A DNA stretch of 64,000 bases from an uncultured bacterium (lineage in GTDB: Bacteria; Actinomycetota; Acidimicrobiia; Spongiisociales; ZC4RG35), in contig CAVUYZ010000003.1 of assembly GCA_963745865.1 (NCBI GenBank), forward strand, positions 131,407 through 195,406. The letters are read 5' to 3'. This document shows, piece after piece, positions 62,651 through 64,000 of the stretch. Below the pieces are notes generated by a model, which had not been told where the DNA came from, made no database searches, and saw nothing but the letters and a program-made list of their open reading frames with translations. Numbering within the stretch: position 1 is the stretch's first letter; every line of letters starts with the position of its first letter. The position numbers and the translations under genes are program-made.

Positions 62651-64000
62651 TCAAATATCGACCGTGGCGTCCTGCGCGGCGACCGAGCACGGCCATCCGA
62701 GCGACGACTCGATCGCATCGACCAGAGCAGCACTCGCCTCAGGATCGCCATGGATTGCCACCACCTGCTGCGGGGGTCGGTCTGCCAAACCGAGCCAATC
62801 GACCAACTCACTCCTGTCGGCGTGCACGCTGAATGCAGGGACGGACTCGACGTGGGCAGCCACCCTGACCTCGTCACCGTGGATTCGCACGTGGTCGGCG
62901 CCTGACAGAAGGGCCTGGCCGCGTGTGCCGCCTGCCTGATAACCGACGAGGATCACCGTGTTGTTCCTTCCAGGAAGCAGCCGCTTCAGGTGGTGCAACA
63001 CCCTGCCACGGTAGCCATCCCGGATGCCGAGATGATGATGTGGGGCTCGCGACGGTGTCGATCGCTTTGGAGTCGTCGACGGTCTCGGTGATCGTGAGAT
63101 CTCCCGGATCGAGGATCTCGGCATGCCCGGCGATCTCGGGTCGGATGTCGGCGTCGCCGTCGGCGATTGCCCGAACGTAGTGGCCGAGTGCCGTGCGCGC
63201 CATCGGGCTATCGAGGAAGACGGGGACCTGGGAATCGACCCGGCCTCGGTCAGGCGATGCAGCGCGAGCAGGATCAACTCGGTGCGATCGATGGCGAAGG
63301 CGGGGATCACGATCGAGCCCCCATTATCGACGGTGGCGCCGATGATCGCCCCGAGATCCGCCGTGGCGTCTTCCTCGAGATGCTCTTCGTCTCCGTACGT
63401 GGACTCGATGAGGATCGTGTTGGCCGCCGCCGGCGGATCAGGTGGTCGGAGGATGGGATGGAACGGCCTGCCGAGATCTCCCAGAACACCACTGATCTCC
63501 GCGGTTCGTCAACCTCGATCGTCACCGATGCTGACCCGAGGATGTGCCCGGCGAAGCGAAACGTCGCCCAAACGCCGGGCGTGATCTCGGTGCGGGTTTC
63601 GTAGGGGGTCGGGACGAAACGTCGCATCGTGTTGATGGCATCTGCCTCGGTGTAGAGCGGCAGCGCCGGCTGGTGCTTGGTGTAGCCGCGGCGGTTGGCG
63701 CGTTCGGCATCTGCCTCGTGCAGACGACCTGAATCGCGAAGAACGGTGTCGCTCAACTCCGTCGTCGATCGGGTTGCATGGATCGACCCCGAGAACCCAT
63801 CCGCCACGAGTCGCGGGAGATACCCGACGTGGTCGAGATGGGCGTGGCTGACTACAACTGCGTCGATCGAGGCGGGGTCGACCGGGAACTCCGCCCAGTT
63901 GCGTTGGCGGAGTTCCTTACGACCCTGGAACATGCCGCAGTCGATGAGAACCCGGGTCGACCCCGATTCGACGAGGAACCGACTACCAGTGACGGTTCCC
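62651..64000 (-). CDS. MBL-fold, beta-CASP-type metallo-hydrolase (RNA-processing-nuclease-like). The N-terminus lies outside the window and there are frame breaks.
   Basis: IDAVVVSHAHLDHVGYLPRL..FRFAGHILGSASV, then VILVGYQAGGTRGQALL..VESVPAFSVHADRSELVDWL..VAIHGDP. Confidence 0.7.

Overview
High-GC, actinobacterium-like chromosomal segment (G+C judged by eye, not computed), densely coding on both strands. I found no rRNA, tRNA, CRISPR array, transposase, integrase or phage gene.

Gene content:
- 2.9-10.5 kb: a respiratory operon joined by start/stop overlaps, ctaC-ctaD-ctaE-orf-ctaG-qcrC-qcrA-qcrB.
- 11.06 kb: a sensory-rhodopsin-transducer (ASRT) homologue.
- 14.4-20.0 kb: a TPP enzyme, an enolase-superfamily enzyme, an SDR and a GH15 hydrolase.
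- 20.7-23.8 kb: a pair of dynamin-like P-loop GTPases.
- Also MscS, a DAG-kinase-like lipid kinase, MFS transporters, a marR-mmpL operon, a NarL-type two-component pair, two MacB/FtsX-type ABC exporters, a P450, a PlsY-flippase-like fusion, and an ArsR/SRPBCC cluster around a decayed cyclase-AAA-TPR regulator.

Strongest anomaly (11867 to about 13230): the interior of a FAD/Fe-S oxidoreductase gene is replaced, without any change in length or frame, by a mosaic of sequence alien to this genome.
- The mosaic consists of cytosine-free G/A/T tracts, a 201-nt poly(A) run and two perfect AT-only pentamer palindromes.
- The host gene's own motifs are still readable in the host frame inside the block, so it is a rewrite, not a mobile-element insertion.
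- I rate a non-biological origin (synthetic edit, data corruption or assembly artefact) as more likely than a new biological system. It is still the first thing to check.

Second theme: many genes carry frame breaks, but very unevenly. Several long genes are intact while others have many breaks. This points to local sequence-quality problems or real pseudogenisation.

Coordinates of frame-broken genes are approximate. All family assignments come from motif recognition by eye; no searches were run.
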